From the sequence record MG655267.1: 64,000 nt of DNA. One strand, 5' to 3'. Numbering within the stretch: the first letter of the stretch is position 1; the number at the start of each line of letters is the position of its first letter. The notes below the pieces were generated by a model. It was not told the origin of the DNA and ran no database searches. It was given only the letters and a program-made list of their open reading frames with translations. Below, piece after piece: positions 63,410-64,000 of this stretch. Position numbers and translations under genes: made by a program.

Positions 63410-63439
63410 AAGGGAGGGCTTCGGCTCTCCCTTATGCCA
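63410..63439 (+). terminator. Hairpin + TATGCCA
   Basis: AGGGAGGGC-TTCG-GCTCTCCCT-TATGCCA. Confidence 0.75.
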
Positions 63440-63526
63440 CCCGTTCTTCTTTTTTGGTTATTACTATGAATTGCAAGATTCACCACGTAGTTCGTTTCAC
63501 TTATTAACCCCTAAAGAGGAATAGTC

Positions 63527-64000
63527 ATGACAGATAGCACTACAGCGCAGAGCCCGACCGTGACGTTAGACCAAGTCATCGCGTCAGGCGGCCAGATTGT
63601 CTTCCTGGACAATGGGCAACTGAAAAGCTTTCCTGTCTCTCAGATCACTGACTTACTGAAAAGCGGCATGTCTACTGATGTGTTGGGTCAGGCTGATTCT
63701 CTGAGTATGTTTGGTCAGGTGGAGTCGTTCGAGGCTCTACGTAAGCTTAAGCCACAGAAAGAAGGTGCACGCATCTCTCTTCGTGGTTGGAACAAAGGCA
63801 GTTGTCTGGGTGGTGGTGAGTTCATTGGTCATCTCGTAACCAAAGAGCTTAAAGCCCGTCCAGACGATGGCGGCATGATTGCAGCCGGTAGCGGGTTCTT
63901 CTGGGAACGTGTGTGCTCAGATTGCGGGCAAATGAATGTCACTCACTTCGGTGCGCTTCCTGGCGCAACTGCAGCGACTGATTGCGTGCCAGCAATGACC
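63527..64000 (+). CDS. Tailspike/depolymerase-like protein, 5' part (runs off window)
   Basis: GAGGA RBS; open to the window end; GQVESFEALRKLKP, LRGW..GS..GGGEF, DDGGMI, FWER, NVTHFGA typical of tailspike N-domain plus pectate-lyase-like start. Confidence 0.75.
   Translation, partial: MTDSTTAQSPTVTLDQVIASGGQIVFLDNGQLKSFPVSQITDLLKSGMSTDVLGQADSLSMFGQVESFEALRKLKPQKEGARISLRGWNKGSCLGGGEFIGHLVTKELKARPDDGGMIAAGSGFFWERVCSDCGQMNVTHFGALPGATAATDCVPAMT

Noticed and set aside
5406-63439. CRISPR array or REP/BIME/MITE interpretation of the repeated hairpins
   Set aside because: Dispersed rather than tandem, stems are not identical, and there are no spacers, target-site duplications or REP consensus

Overview
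This window is a 64 kb segment of a phiKZ-like (nucleus-forming, Chimalliviridae-type) jumbo myophage of an enterobacterial host. Gene order and content resemble Erwinia Agricanvirus-type phages (RAY/Ea35-70-like); that assignment is inferred, not checked against a database. About 1-31 kb is conserved core: non-virion RNAP beta N-terminal subunit, portal, baseplate/tail genes, RuvC, holin-like gene, spanins, tail fibres, central spike and SbcC/Rad50. About 31-64 kb is accessory: SLT endolysin, GNAT, SspB, a LemA/TPM-like pair, a frameshifted TOPRIM gene, RtcB, a Kelch protein, an HslV-like pair, a DEDDh exonuclease, ThyA, an ART-like protein, an HD hydrolase, a tailspike start, and many tandem paralog pairs. 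No tRNA, CRISPR array, intron or IS element was seen. The main leads are: (1) a stand-alone protein fusing a phage-specific helical module to a non-catalytic RNA polymerase beta-prime fragment (switch 2/dock region), in a putative early cluster with ART-like and HD proteins; (2) a recurrent hairpin+TTATGCCG element at 15 gene ends, a candidate phage-RNAP-specific terminator; (3) a tandem proteasome-beta/HslV-like gene pair; (4) an apparently catalytically dead prohead-protease paralog; (5) an intergenic four-way-junction RNA candidate. All homology calls come from motif recognition by eye and need HMM or structure confirmation.
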